Assembly (NCBI GenBank): GCA_965238005.1
Contig: OZ250165.1
Coordinates: forward strand, 3,872,001 to 3,936,000
DNA length: 64,000 bases
From: Longimicrobiales bacterium
GTDB taxonomy: Bacteria; Gemmatimonadota; Gemmatimonadetes; Longimicrobiales; Gaopeijiaceae
Direction: 5' to 3'
This document shows, piece after piece, positions 41,636 through 50,716 of this stretch. The notes beneath the pieces are model-generated. The model was not told where the DNA came from, did not search any database, and saw only the letters and a program-made list of their open reading frames with translations. The number at the start of each line of letters is the position of its first letter. Within the stretch, counting starts at the first letter, position 1. Made by a program: the position numbers and the translations under genes.

Positions 41636-41926
41636 CTACGGATCGCGCCGGTCGGAATGACCGAGGTCCTTTTCTGGGGCGATACGGTCGCGGATGAGCT
41701 GCTTGAGTTCCTTCAGCTCGGGGAAGCGGCCGCGCTCCTTTCGCGACCATAGTACGTCGCCGTCAGCTCGGACCTCAAAGATCCCGCCAGTTCGTGGGAC
41801 GAGCACCAGTTGGCCGATCTCGGCCTCGAATGTGGTGAGGAGTTCCTGTGCGATCCACGCCGCTCGCATGAGCCAGCGACATTGGGTGCAATAGTGAATC
41901 TCGACTCGGCTCTTCACGGATGACAT
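41636..41926 (-). CDS. SelT/SelW/SelH (Rdx) family protein, CxxC form
   Basis: YCTQCRWLMRAAWIAQELL, GGIFEV, FPELKELKQ. Confidence 0.9.
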   Translation of the reverse strand: MSSVKSRVEIHYCTQCRWLMRAAWIAQELLTTFEAEIGQLVLVPRTGGIFEVRADGDVLWSRKERGRFPELKELKQLIRDRIAPEKDLGHSDRRDP

Positions 41927-43344
41927 CGCACGGGTTCTCCAGCGTCGCCCAAGGGATCGCGATTCTGCTGTCTGACCACTATGCCGACCAGCGGCGTGAG
42001 CTGGCGCGCGACGTTATCGATTCCCTCGTTTGGGTCCTTCCGCCGTTCCGATCACAAACGCGGCGAGTTCAGCCCAACGGACGGGAGACGGCTTCAATTC
42101 TTCGAGAACCTCGTCGGCAGTCGTGCCTCTGAATGGCCCCTCGTGCCCCTTCTTCGCCTTGTACGCCGCCACAGCACGACGGACGACGGGTTGCTCATCA
42201 GGCGTCAAGTCCATGACCGTAAACCTAACGGTACTCGCCTGTGCCGATGCTGACAGCGACCAGAGTCGAACTCACGGCCTCATGCTTCAGCGGCATGAAT
42301 CTTCTCAGCCTGATTCCTCTGCCGGATCTCCAAAACAATATCCACCGAACATTCTTTTCAGTCGCCCAGGGAGCCTCGCAAGGTCTATGCATATCTAAAG
42401 GGTGCGTATGGGACCCTTTTGGGGGGCATCGGTTGGATTTGAGGAGCGGGATGAGGTTCGGAAGCTTCCCATGCAACCAGACCGAACACACTGCTGAAGA
42501 GGGCTGAGCAGATGCTGCGGTAACCGTCTATGAAGCTTCCTGAGGCTCCCTGCCTCCCCTGCTCTACTCTTGATCGATCCGATACTCCACTACCTCACCT
42601 CTCGGACGATAGTGGCTCGCATGGCCATACGTGTCCTCGATGCGCGCCACGCTCTTGTGCCCCATCTCCTTCGCGACGGTCCAGAGCGCGATTTGCCTCC
42701 CGCCATCTGTGGCCTGGAGACGTGCCGTGGCGTAGGTGTGGCGGAACTTGGTGAGTCGAGGCTCGGGCATTCCGGCTTTGGAAGCGATGATGCCCAACGA
42801 CTTCCGTAGATCGGTGATCATCTCTCCGGTGCGGCTGGGGAAGAGAAGCTCATCGGGACTCTGGCCTAGTTCCTCGACGTATGGCCGAAGAATCTCCTCA
42901 AGCTGTGGCCACAGCGGCACGGCTCGCTCACTCCACACACGCTTGAGCCCGCGATACCGGTTGGGCTGGATGCGAACCAGCTTGTTCTCTAATTCCATAT
43001 CGCTCACCAGCAGCCCGAGCACCTCACTCCGCCTGCCACCGGTAAGCAGGAACGTGGCTATCAACTCGTAATGGAGATCGAGTCTCCGGGCTGCATCAAG
43101 GAACTGGCCAGCCGCATCGATTTCATAGAACTCATCTGTCCGCTGCCGCGTCGGGGCGATGGAGGGCAAGCCGTGTAGCCCCCTGACGGGATTGTATCCG
43201 AGGGGGACAACCTCCATCTCTGGAGCTGTCCCGTTTCAGTGGACGGGTGAACACTGAGGTTTATAGTCTGTCCCCCTCGCTGGGGAGAGGAAAGCTTCCC
43301 CCGCGCAGCGGGGGAGTAAAGGGCAACTTGGCCACGCAGGTTTC

Positions 43345-44196
43345 TCATGCTGCCGCTCCGTGGCGACGCTCGAAGTTGATGGGCGACAGCTGACCCAGTG
43401 CCGAGTGTCGCCTCCGGGGGTTGTAGAAGCCCTCGATGAAGTCGAACACGGCCATCTTCGCCTCGGCCTGGGTCCGGAAGCGCTGCCGGTCGAGTAGCTC
43501 GCACTCGAGCGTCGCGAAGAAGCTCTCGCACATCGCGTTGTCGTAGGCGTCGCCCACGGAGCCCATCGAGGGCCGCACACCGACATCGTTGCAGCGTAGG
43601 CCGAAGGCGATCGAGGTGTACTGGGTTCCCTGATCACTGTGATGGATGACGCATTCGGGCCGGCGCTGCCAGGTCGCCATGTTCAGCGCGTCCAGGACGA
43701 GCTCGGTGCGCAGGTGCGTAGCCATCGACCACCCGACCACCCGCCTGCTCCAGACGTCGAGCACAACCGCGAGGTACAAGAACCCCGCCCAGGTCGGGAT
43801 GTAGGTGATGTCGGCCACCCACAACTGGTCTGGCCCGTCTGCGCTGAAGTCCCGCTCGATGAGATCCGGCGCGGGACGGGCGTCCTCGTTGCGCCTGGTC
43901 GTCTTCGGGCCGCGCCGCCTCCGGCTAGCTCCCACAATCTCGGCCTGCTTCATGAGCCGGCCCACCCGCTTCTCACCGACCCGCTCGCCAGCTTCCTTGA
44001 GGTCCGCGTAGATGCGGGGCCGGCCATAGACCCTTCGGTTCTCGCGCCAGACCGTCTCGATCCGCTCTGTGAGCTCCTCATCTCGCTTCGCCCGAGCCGA
44101 AGGCTCGCGATCCAACCAGGCGTAGTAGCCGCTGGGGGAGAGATCCAGCACACGGCACATCGCCCGCACAGGGAAGTCGGCCTGATTCGTCTTCAT
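43345..44196 (-). CDS. IS3 transposase OrfB (DDE)
   Basis: WVADITY, HHSDQGTQY, DNAMCESFF. Confidence 0.95.
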   Translation of the reverse strand: MKTNQADFPVRAMCRVLDLSPSGYYAWLDREPSARAKRDEELTERIETVWRENRRVYGRPRIYADLKEAGERVGEKRVGRLMKQAEIVGASRRRRGPKTTRRNEDARPAPDLIERDFSADGPDQLWVADITYIPTWAGFLYLAVVLDVWSRRVVGWSMATHLRTELVLDALNMATWQRRPECVIHHSDQGTQYTSIAFGLRCNDVGVRPSMGSVGDAYDNAMCESFFATLECELLDRQRFRTQAEAKMAVFDFIEGFYNPRRRHSALGQLSPINFERRHGAAA

Positions 44197-44507
44197 GAAC
44201 TCGAACCCCGTTCCGGGATCGAGTTGCTCTCCCGAGCAAACCAGGCGGCGGCTTTTTTTAGAATCTCCTGCTCCATGCGCAGACGCTTGTTGTCACGCCG
44301 AAGCTGCCTGAGTTCCCCACGCTCCTCCGTCGTCAGCCCGTCACTGCGACGGCCTTCATCCAAGTCAGCTTGTTTGACCCAGTTCCGTATCGCCCCGTTT
44401 GAGGGCTCGAACTCCCGGGCCAGCTCCTCCACGGAGCGGCCCGACCTGACCAACTCGACCATCTGCCGCCGAAACTCCGGCGGGTACGGCGCATGTGTTC
44501 TTGGCAT
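44193..44507 (-). CDS. IS3 transposase OrfA
   Basis: YPPEFRRQMVEL HTH; ILKKAAAWFA with A7G slippery site at 44259-44252. Confidence 0.93.
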   Translation of the reverse strand: MPRTHAPYPPEFRRQMVELVRSGRSVEELAREFEPSNGAIRNWVKQADLDEGRRSDGLTTEERGELRQLRRDNKRLRMEQEILKKAAAWFARESNSIPERGSSS

Positions 44508-45089
44508 CGTGGACTCCTCCTGTCTCCCTCACTACTGAGGTGTCCACCAAAGCGGGTCAACTCCACTCCTGTGCGTAACCGTAGAGTCCTGAGAGGGCGT
44601 GGAGGTGGTGACGCTGATTGCTCGTCGAGAGGTGTAAGAACCGATTCAGCCACTGGCGGACATCCCTTGGTCGAATCGTCGTCATGGATCGATCCACACC
44701 AAAGTACTCTACAGCCCGCCGAAGCCTGAGCCTGGTCTCCTTCAGCCACCTCTCGGTGACACCCTTGGGGTTGTCTCGAACGAACTGTTCGACGAACGCA
44801 CCCAGCGGCGTCCCGAAGCCTGTGCCCACGGCCCCGCCGAGTGCTCTAATTCGATCAGCGAAGAGTTGAGCGGCTTCGTCGTGGTTGGTGGTTGCCCGAC
44901 TCGATCCGGGCCTCCTCAGCGCCACTTGTCCGCCTCCAAGGTCACGCAAGTCGGCGTAGTAGCGATCCTCCCCGCCCTGATTCCTGGTGTATATTTTCGG
45001 CATCTGGGGCTCCTGTCGTTACTGTCGGATGACCCAAACGCGCAATGGTAAAGGCGGAAGCCCTTTGTATTAAAAGACTTTCAGCAATG

Positions 45090-45131
45090 CCCCGCCAGGG
45101 ACTCGAACCCCGAACCTACTGATTAAGAGTC
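45090..45131 (-). repeat. att site: duplicated 3' half of tRNA-Lys
   Basis: 42 bp identical to 52062-52103. Confidence 0.95.
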
Positions 45132-45248
45132 CGCTAGCAACATATACGCAGAGTGCCCGTGAGGTCCTCTAAGTTGTGGCGAGTTAGGGCGTTAGGGGGT
45201 CGGTTGTTCTCTCGAGCGGCCCGGAGATTCGACCAGTTTCGGGGAGTT

Positions 45249-45269
45249 TGGGGTCCCGGTTGGGGTCCC
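45249..45269 (+). repeat. Putative integrase arm-type site, TGGGGTCCC x2 (period 12)
   Basis: Same doublet at 48518-48538 and 51964-51984. Confidence 0.65.
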
Positions 45270-45491
45270 ATCACGCTGATTATGGCATGGGCTTCCGCCA
45301 CGGTTTCGGAGAGCAGCGGATGGCTGAAAAGGCCTCTTGTCGCGGTGGTAGATTGAGACCAGGTTTCGTCAGCCTTTCTTCGATCTCCTAGCCTTGTGGC
45401 TCGCGCACTACGCCCGCGGTCACCACATTAGCCGCGCAGCAGAAGCGCAAGGCTGTGGGCGGCCCGCGGAGCCGGTGGGGTAAGTGGTGCA

Positions 45492-46355
45492 ATGGCCAAA
45501 ACGATCGCGAGCGCTTTCAGCCAGTTAAAGGCCAACTTGGAGATAACCGGACTACAAACCGCGACGGTGTCTACTCGCCAGAAGTACGTTCGGGAGGCTA
45601 TGGTGGATGGATTTGATATTCTCTCATCCTTCCTTTCAGGCTCGTACTCTAGGGCCACCATGATCGCGCCGCTGAAGCGCAGCGATGTCGACATATTTTT
45701 CGTTCTGCGTTCCAAGTACTTTGAGAAATATACTCCCGCGCAGATTCTCGATCGTGTACGGACTGTTCTTCTTCGGACCTACAGCCAGACGCCCAAGATC
45801 AGCCGCAACGGTCAAGCGGTAACGATCACGTTCAGAGACTTCAAGGTGGATGTGGTGCCCGGATTCAATCGCAGGGGTGGGGGCTATCTGATCCCGGACT
45901 CGATCGCAGGGGAGTGCATTCCGACCGATCCGAAGGTGCACGACACGACGCTCTCCGCAGCCAACAAGACGCATGGAGGCGATCTGGTGCCCCTGGTGAA
46001 GATGCTCAAGGGGTGGAACCGCGGGATCAACGACGGCTTCGTCGGTTTCTACTTAGAACTCCTGGCAAAGAAGGTGCTCACCAATGTCACGATCAGCGAC
46101 CTCTCGAGCGGAGTGCGTTTCGTCCTGGACAAGGGTCAAGACGACGTTCGGTACCAGATCACGGATCCTGCTGGCTATGGCTCTCACATCAACCCTCTGG
46201 CCAACGTCTCAACCGTCGAGGCTGCAGTGAGTCGTTTTGGTACCGCCTGTAATCGGGCCCGGAAGGCGGAGAATTTCGCGGAATCGGGTAAGATACCAGC
46301 TGCGTTTGAAGAGTGGCGCAAGATTTTCCCGCATTACTTCCCTAAATACGGCTAG
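45492..46355 (+). CDS. SMODS / cGAS-DncV-like nucleotidyltransferase
   Basis: SFLSGSYSRATMI..SDVDIF, NGQAVTI.F..FKVDVVPG, YLIPD, LVKMLKGWN, EWRKIF..YFP. Confidence 0.9.
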   Translation: MAKTIASAFSQLKANLEITGLQTATVSTRQKYVREAMVDGFDILSSFLSGSYSRATMIAPLKRSDVDIFFVLRSKYFEKYTPAQILDRVRTVLLRTYSQTPKISRNGQAVTITFRDFKVDVVPGFNRRGGGYLIPDSIAGECIPTDPKVHDTTLSAANKTHGGDLVPLVKMLKGWNRGINDGFVGFYLELLAKKVLTNVTISDLSSGVRFVLDKGQDDVRYQITDPAGYGSHINPLANVSTVEAAVSRFGTACNRARKAENFAESGKIPAAFEEWRKIFPHYFPKYG

Positions 46356-46359
46356 CTCG

Positions 46360-46872
46360 ATGTCCGAATCGGATGCGCTACAGCCCCTCTCCGTGGAGGC
46401 CTCCAGGGTTGAGGAGGATTCGCTCTACTCTGCCCGTGGCCATTTCGAGACCGCTCGATCGTGGTCCAAGACTCACTTGTCGCTTGGAATTCCCACTGCC
46501 GTGATTGCGGGGCTGTCCGGTGTCTCAGCACTGCAAGACGCACCCCTCCTCGCTGGCGGGCTAGCGATCATTGCTGCGGCTCTGGCGTCAGTGGCGACTT
46601 TCGTAAACCCGTCAGAACGTGCGGCCGCACACCACACCGCGGGCACGAAGTTCAACTCTCTTCGAAATCGAGCTCGCATCTTCCGCGAAATTGATCTCCC
46701 CGGTCCACTCTCCATCGGGGAGAAGACGGAACAGCTGAGGACGCTCAGTCAAGAGCGAGACGAAGCCAACGAGACGAGCCCTCAGATTACCCGACGCGCG
46801 TTTAAGAGAGCAAGAAAGGGAATCGAGGCAGGTGAGGCACGTTACGCGATAGACGAAGAGCCAGCGTCGTGA
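46360..46872 (+). CDS. SLATT-family 2TM effector
   Basis: HFETARSW..HLSLGIP, two TM helices, FVNPSERAAAH, PQITRRAFKRARKGI. Confidence 0.85.
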   Translation: MSESDALQPLSVEASRVEEDSLYSARGHFETARSWSKTHLSLGIPTAVIAGLSGVSALQDAPLLAGGLAIIAAALASVATFVNPSERAAAHHTAGTKFNSLRNRARIFREIDLPGPLSIGEKTEQLRTLSQERDEANETSPQITRRAFKRARKGIEAGEARYAIDEEPAS

Positions 46873-47756
46873 ACCCAGTTGCGGTCTCGTTCCAACGCTT
46901 GATCCTTAGGATCCAGCCACCCTCAAGGGCCGTAGCCGCTGCGCGTGGCCAAATCGAGTCTGTTCGGGCGTCGGTCGTCAGACATCTCCGAGCACCAGTA
47001 CGCCGCTTCGTCAACCTAGGAAGCTACCAGAAAGGCACCGGAATTCGCGGGCGCTCTGACGTCGATCTGCTGTTTGTGATTTCTCCGGAACACGTCTCTT
47101 GGGGCGGAGGGCACATCACTTCGACCGTTTAGCTCTTAGAGCGATTCCGTCGAGCGATCTCAGCGACCTACCCTACTACCTCCATCGGTCGGGATGGTCA
47201 GTCGGTGACAGTCCGATTCGCTCGAACCGGTGTGGACCTCGACATCGTGCCAGCAGTCGAAGCCGGAAAGGTCAAGAACGCCAACCTCTATTCCATCCCC
47301 GATGGCTCCGGAGGTTGGATGAATGTCGCGCCTTTGGCAGAACTGAGGCGCTTTAAGGTGGCGGATGGGGGTAGTGGCGGGAAGCTCAGAAGGGCGGTCC
47401 AACTCTTGAAGTGGTGGAAGCATTCTCGTGCAGATGAGGTGCGGATTAGGTCGTATTACGTCGAGCTCGTCCTGACGGTCGCCGGTGTCGCGAACGGTCC
47501 GAAACCGTATTCACATATCCTTTTGGATTCGCTCGGAGTACTTGCCGACCGGGGAGCTGCGGGAATGCGTGACCCTGACGGTCGAGTGGGGGTTACTGCT
47601 GCAGTGCCGCCACGAGGGAGTGCGGACCGGGTCGTTGAATCCTTACGCCGGGCTCGGGATTACGCGGCCGAAGCCGTATGGTACGAAGAACACGGCTCTA
47701 TGGAACGGGCGGTGACCAGGTGGAGGGTATTTTTCAACGGTAAGTTTCCAGCCTAG
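46869..47756 (+). pseudogene. Second SMODS-type nucleotidyltransferase with one in-frame TAG (47130-47132)
   Basis: GSYQKGTGIRGRSDVDLL, then same frame after TAG: RDGQSVTVRF..DLDIVPA, YSIPDG.GGW, WRVFFNGKFP; GTGA overlap with SLATT. Confidence 0.85.
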
Positions 47757-47837
47757 ACCGCCGTCCATCTAACCTCGGGACATGTCCGGGGCCCACCATT
47801 CGAGTACGGAATCTTGGAACAGGACGGGGACTTGCTC

Positions 47838-48386
47838 ATGACGAATTCGGATGACATCAACTTCCTAACGAGACCCCTGATCGACGCGTACCTGGAGACC
47901 TGCGTTGCCCTCATGGTTCTCAAAATACCCCAGGTACAGGACTTGGTCGGCGCCAGTATTCCCGAAGAGGCGGTAGTGTCCACGTCATATGCGGCGGATC
48001 ACGAGAACCTGGTCATCAACGTCAGGGGGATGCTCGAGTCCATGAGGGCCGAGGGGCTGGACGACGTCAGGACCCTTCAACACTCGTTCCGTCAAACGAA
48101 CCGCATCTTCCTCGGCGCAATGTGGGATGCGCTGAAGCAGCATCGGCGTTTCGATGAGATCAAGACGGAACCGGTAGTGGAGTTCCTTAGACATGTTCGC
48201 AACGCGTCCTCGCACGGTGGGCGGCTGAACTTCGGGAAGCTGAAGCGTCCAGCGAATTGGCGAGACAAGGAGATAACCGAGTCGATGAGCGGGACGCCGG
48301 TGTTTCCTGACCTACTGCAAGACGGAGACCCCATCCTACTTGTGGTCGACATCAACAACGACTTCTTCGAGCCGATCAACATATGA
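47838..48386 (+). CDS. Hypothetical protein with HEPN-like RxxxxH motif
   Basis: Helical-looking 182 aa; EFLRHVRNASSHGG. Confidence 0.6.
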   Translation: MTNSDDINFLTRPLIDAYLETCVALMVLKIPQVQDLVGASIPEEAVVSTSYAADHENLVINVRGMLESMRAEGLDDVRTLQHSFRQTNRIFLGAMWDALKQHRRFDEIKTEPVVEFLRHVRNASSHGGRLNFGKLKRPANWRDKEITESMSGTPVFPDLLQDGDPILLVVDINNDFFEPINI

Positions 48387-48916
48387 GGGGGCTGAAGGCG
48401 GTGGGCGCGACCGAGGGCCTCATTCGCGACATGACCTCTCGAGCCGTTCGGAGGCGTGGTCAGGTCACACGAGTTCGCCTCCCATCCGCCGAGTTCCTCT
48501 CACGTAACCCGAGTTTTTGGGGTCCCACTTGGGGTCCCATAGGACACGGGATCGAGCCAGGGAGATCATGACCCGACGGTCCGCGGGCTAAGGTCAGGAA
48601 GTCAACGCCGGCAAGGCGGATGGGGTTTTCGCGGAGCACGGGCCCCCCAAAGCCTCAAATGTCATCCTCAACTTGCCAGATCTCGCAATACAAGCCGCAG
48701 TCCTGACAGCACCTGCCCATCATGGCCTCAAGGCGTACTACAAGTTGATCTGATGCCGCGGTTTCTCCCGGGACGGGCCGGGATCCTTGGAACATCCCGA
48801 ATTGGGATGGTCGCCTTCGCACAAGCTGGCCCAATTCTGGAAAGCCGGTGCGGACTCGCACGGAGTTGTGGGTGCGGCACAAGCCGTCGGCAAGGACGGC
48901 TTGACGACCCACGAAT

Positions 48917-49666
48917 CTACGCGTCGAGCAGCACCTCCAGCAGCTGTGCCTGTTCATGTTCCGAAGCGACGCTCTCCAGAACAACCACCGAGAGGGTTGC
49001 CCATCGCGCCGAGTACAGCCCGAGGCGAGTCACCTCTCCTTCAAGGAACCCGTCGACGCCGTACCGGTTAGCTAGCACCGCGTAAGCCAGCAGTTGGTGG
49101 ACATGGCGATCGGTTGTTCGCGCATCTGTGGAGGTCTTGAAGTCTACGAGCATGTCGTCGATCACGAGGTCAGCGTCGGCTCCCCCGACAGCGTTCGATC
49201 CATCGCCGAAGCTGGGACCGATCACCATCCGTTCATTGTACGAGAAAAGGTTCAGGTCGGTGATCGCCACGAGGGCAGCTACCTCACGACACACGGCCAA
49301 CGCCGAGGTTCTTCTTCCATCCGAGGGGGCATGCCCCCGGGCCCGGTGGTCGTGGTCGGTGAGTGTCATCAGCGCCCGACAGGCAGAGGCCGACCAATTG
49401 TCGGACGCCCAGGCCGTTTCCACGATCGCGATGTCGGGACTCGGATCGGTCTCACAATACCGTTCGAAGGGCAGCGGCCTTACCGGGAGGTCGTGTCGTC
49501 GACCAAGACCGATTCGGAGGGCGTAGTCAAACGCCGTACCTACGCACCGGGGTGGGGCAGTACTCTCAACCCGCAAGGGTTCCGACATGGGCGCAAATGG
49601 GTTGTTAGACAAGGCCTTGAAGGCCTCTTCCACAGCTTCAGTCCGGAGTAGCGCCGTGAGGCTCAT
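48917..49666 (-). CDS. PD-(D/E)XK-fold nuclease
   Basis: VGTAFDY, GGADADLVIDDMLVDFKT, QLLAY; TGATG overlap with upstream ORF. Confidence 0.75.
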   Translation of the reverse strand: MSLTALLRTEAVEEAFKALSNNPFAPMSEPLRVESTAPPRCVGTAFDYALRIGLGRRHDLPVRPLPFERYCETDPSPDIAIVETAWASDNWSASACRALMTLTDHDHRARGHAPSDGRRTSALAVCREVAALVAITDLNLFSYNERMVIGPSFGDGSNAVGGADADLVIDDMLVDFKTSTDARTTDRHVHQLLAYAVLANRYGVDGFLEGEVTRLGLYSARWATLSVVVLESVASEHEQAQLLEVLLDA

Positions 49667-50010
49667 CAGAGATCCATGCCCAGCGCCAAGGAGTAGACCA
49701 ACTCCACCAATTCCTCGATCCTCTCGTCCATATCGGGGATCTCACGCCTCTCGGGCGGCGGAACCCCGCGATGGGACGCCGAGCCGTGCCAGCGCAAGAG
49801 GGCCGAGAGGTCCAGCAGGGCTCGCCTCAGTGCCGCCCGGCGCTCGCGTGGCACCGCCTCGTGCAGATCCCGTTCGATCCAGGCTTCGATGGCCGCAGGG
49901 CCCAGGCCGGGTAGTGCGTTCCGAGCGAGTCCAGACGGCTTGTTTACGGCTCGGACGATTCGCCGTTCAAGTCGGACCCGCTCGACGAACGGGTGCCCGG
50001 CGCTAGGCAA
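49666..50010 (-). CDS. Small helical hypothetical protein
   Basis: 114 aa, TTG start; overlaps the NTase stop and the nuclease start. Confidence 0.65.
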   Translation of the reverse strand: MPSAGHPFVERVRLERRIVRAVNKPSGLARNALPGLGPAAIEAWIERDLHEAVPRERRAALRRALLDLSALLRWHGSASHRGVPPPERREIPDMDERIEELVELVYSLALGMDL

Positions 50011-50716
50011 CTGGCACTACCTCCAGAGATCGATCCAGCCAAGCCTGAATCCGCTCGCACAAGGACAACAGGGACTTGTAGTCGACGGCTGGCCCATGCG
50101 ATCCACGCTCCGAGGCTCGGCGACTCGTCACGAGCGCCTCGTATTCAGCCTCGCTAAGCGGACAACACAGGTGGGAACCTCCCTGGAGTCTAAGTGGAGC
50201 CCAGGGAGAGAAGTCCGGACGGCCCAGGTGGTCCGACAGCACGATTCCGGCATTACGTACTACCGTGCCCAGCACGCCAGTATCGTACTCGCCGCTGAGG
50301 TCGTCCAGGGTCAGAGACTCGACAATGTCCCTCAAGAGATCGCGCAGGGTCGCGAGGTCTCGATGGTGGTGCCGGTATGGTTGAAGCGAGGTGAGGCGAG
50401 TCTTGAGCCAACCGTTTCGGCTCAAGAGCTCCACACCCTCGAGCTTGAGATGAAGAGCAAACAGCGACGGCGGCTCCAGGATCGACTCGATGCCTTCCAA
50501 AGTGTACGTGGAAAAATCCACCGCAGTCGCGGATTCGGGGATCGATCGGCGCAGCGTCTCGACCAGTTCCAGATCGCCCTCGTCGGCCACCACCACCAGG
50601 ACGTCGATGTCGCTGCCGCTATCGCGTGTCCCGCGCGCGTGGGACCCGAACAGCCACACCTCCCATACTTTGTTGGGGAGTCCGAGGCCGCTCAGCTCTG
50701 TCGGATCGAAATCCAT
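50003..50716 (-). CDS. Pol-beta-fold nucleotidyltransferase, Hailong HalB-like
   Basis: WLFGSHARG..DSGSDIDVLVV, DFSTY, SLFALHLKLEG, helical C-terminal domain; overlaps the HalA-like gene. Confidence 0.75.
   Translation of the reverse strand: MDFDPTELSGLGLPNKVWEVWLFGSHARGTRDSGSDIDVLVVVADEGDLELVETLRRSIPESATAVDFSTYTLEGIESILEPPSLFALHLKLEGVELLSRNGWLKTRLTSLQPYRHHHRDLATLRDLLRDIVESLTLDDLSGEYDTGVLGTVVRNAGIVLSDHLGRPDFSPWAPLRLQGGSHLCCPLSEAEYEALVTSRRASERGSHGPAVDYKSLLSLCERIQAWLDRSLEVVPVA

Larger units (their letters stand above)
43221..44565 (-). mobile_element. Complete IS3-family insertion sequence (1345 bp)
   Basis: TG...CA IRs (TGGAGTTGACCCGCTTTGGTGGACA / TGGAGCTGTCCCGTTTCAGTGGACG), 3-bp CTC target duplication. 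Confidence 0.95.
42564..45003 (-). pseudogene. Tyrosine integrase (about 363 aa) interrupted by an IS3 element
   Basis: 45003-44566 (..YAQE) rejoins in frame with 43217-42564 (MEVVP..); TGGRRSE, FRHTYAT, MGHKS, DTYGH. Confidence 0.9.

Noticed and set aside
41636..41926. Selenoprotein
   Set aside because: The motif is CTQC with no in-frame TGA.
47130..47132. Pyrrolysine codon
   Set aside because: No pyl genes in the window, the position is not catalytic, and TAG ends many normal genes here.
48655..48984. Possible fifth gene of the Hailong-like operon with Cys-rich tail
   Set aside because: No clear start or RBS, overlaps the nuclease by 68 nt, no recognisable domain.
48917..49666. Nuclease as Cas4
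   Set aside because: No Fe-S cysteine cluster pattern and no CRISPR context.
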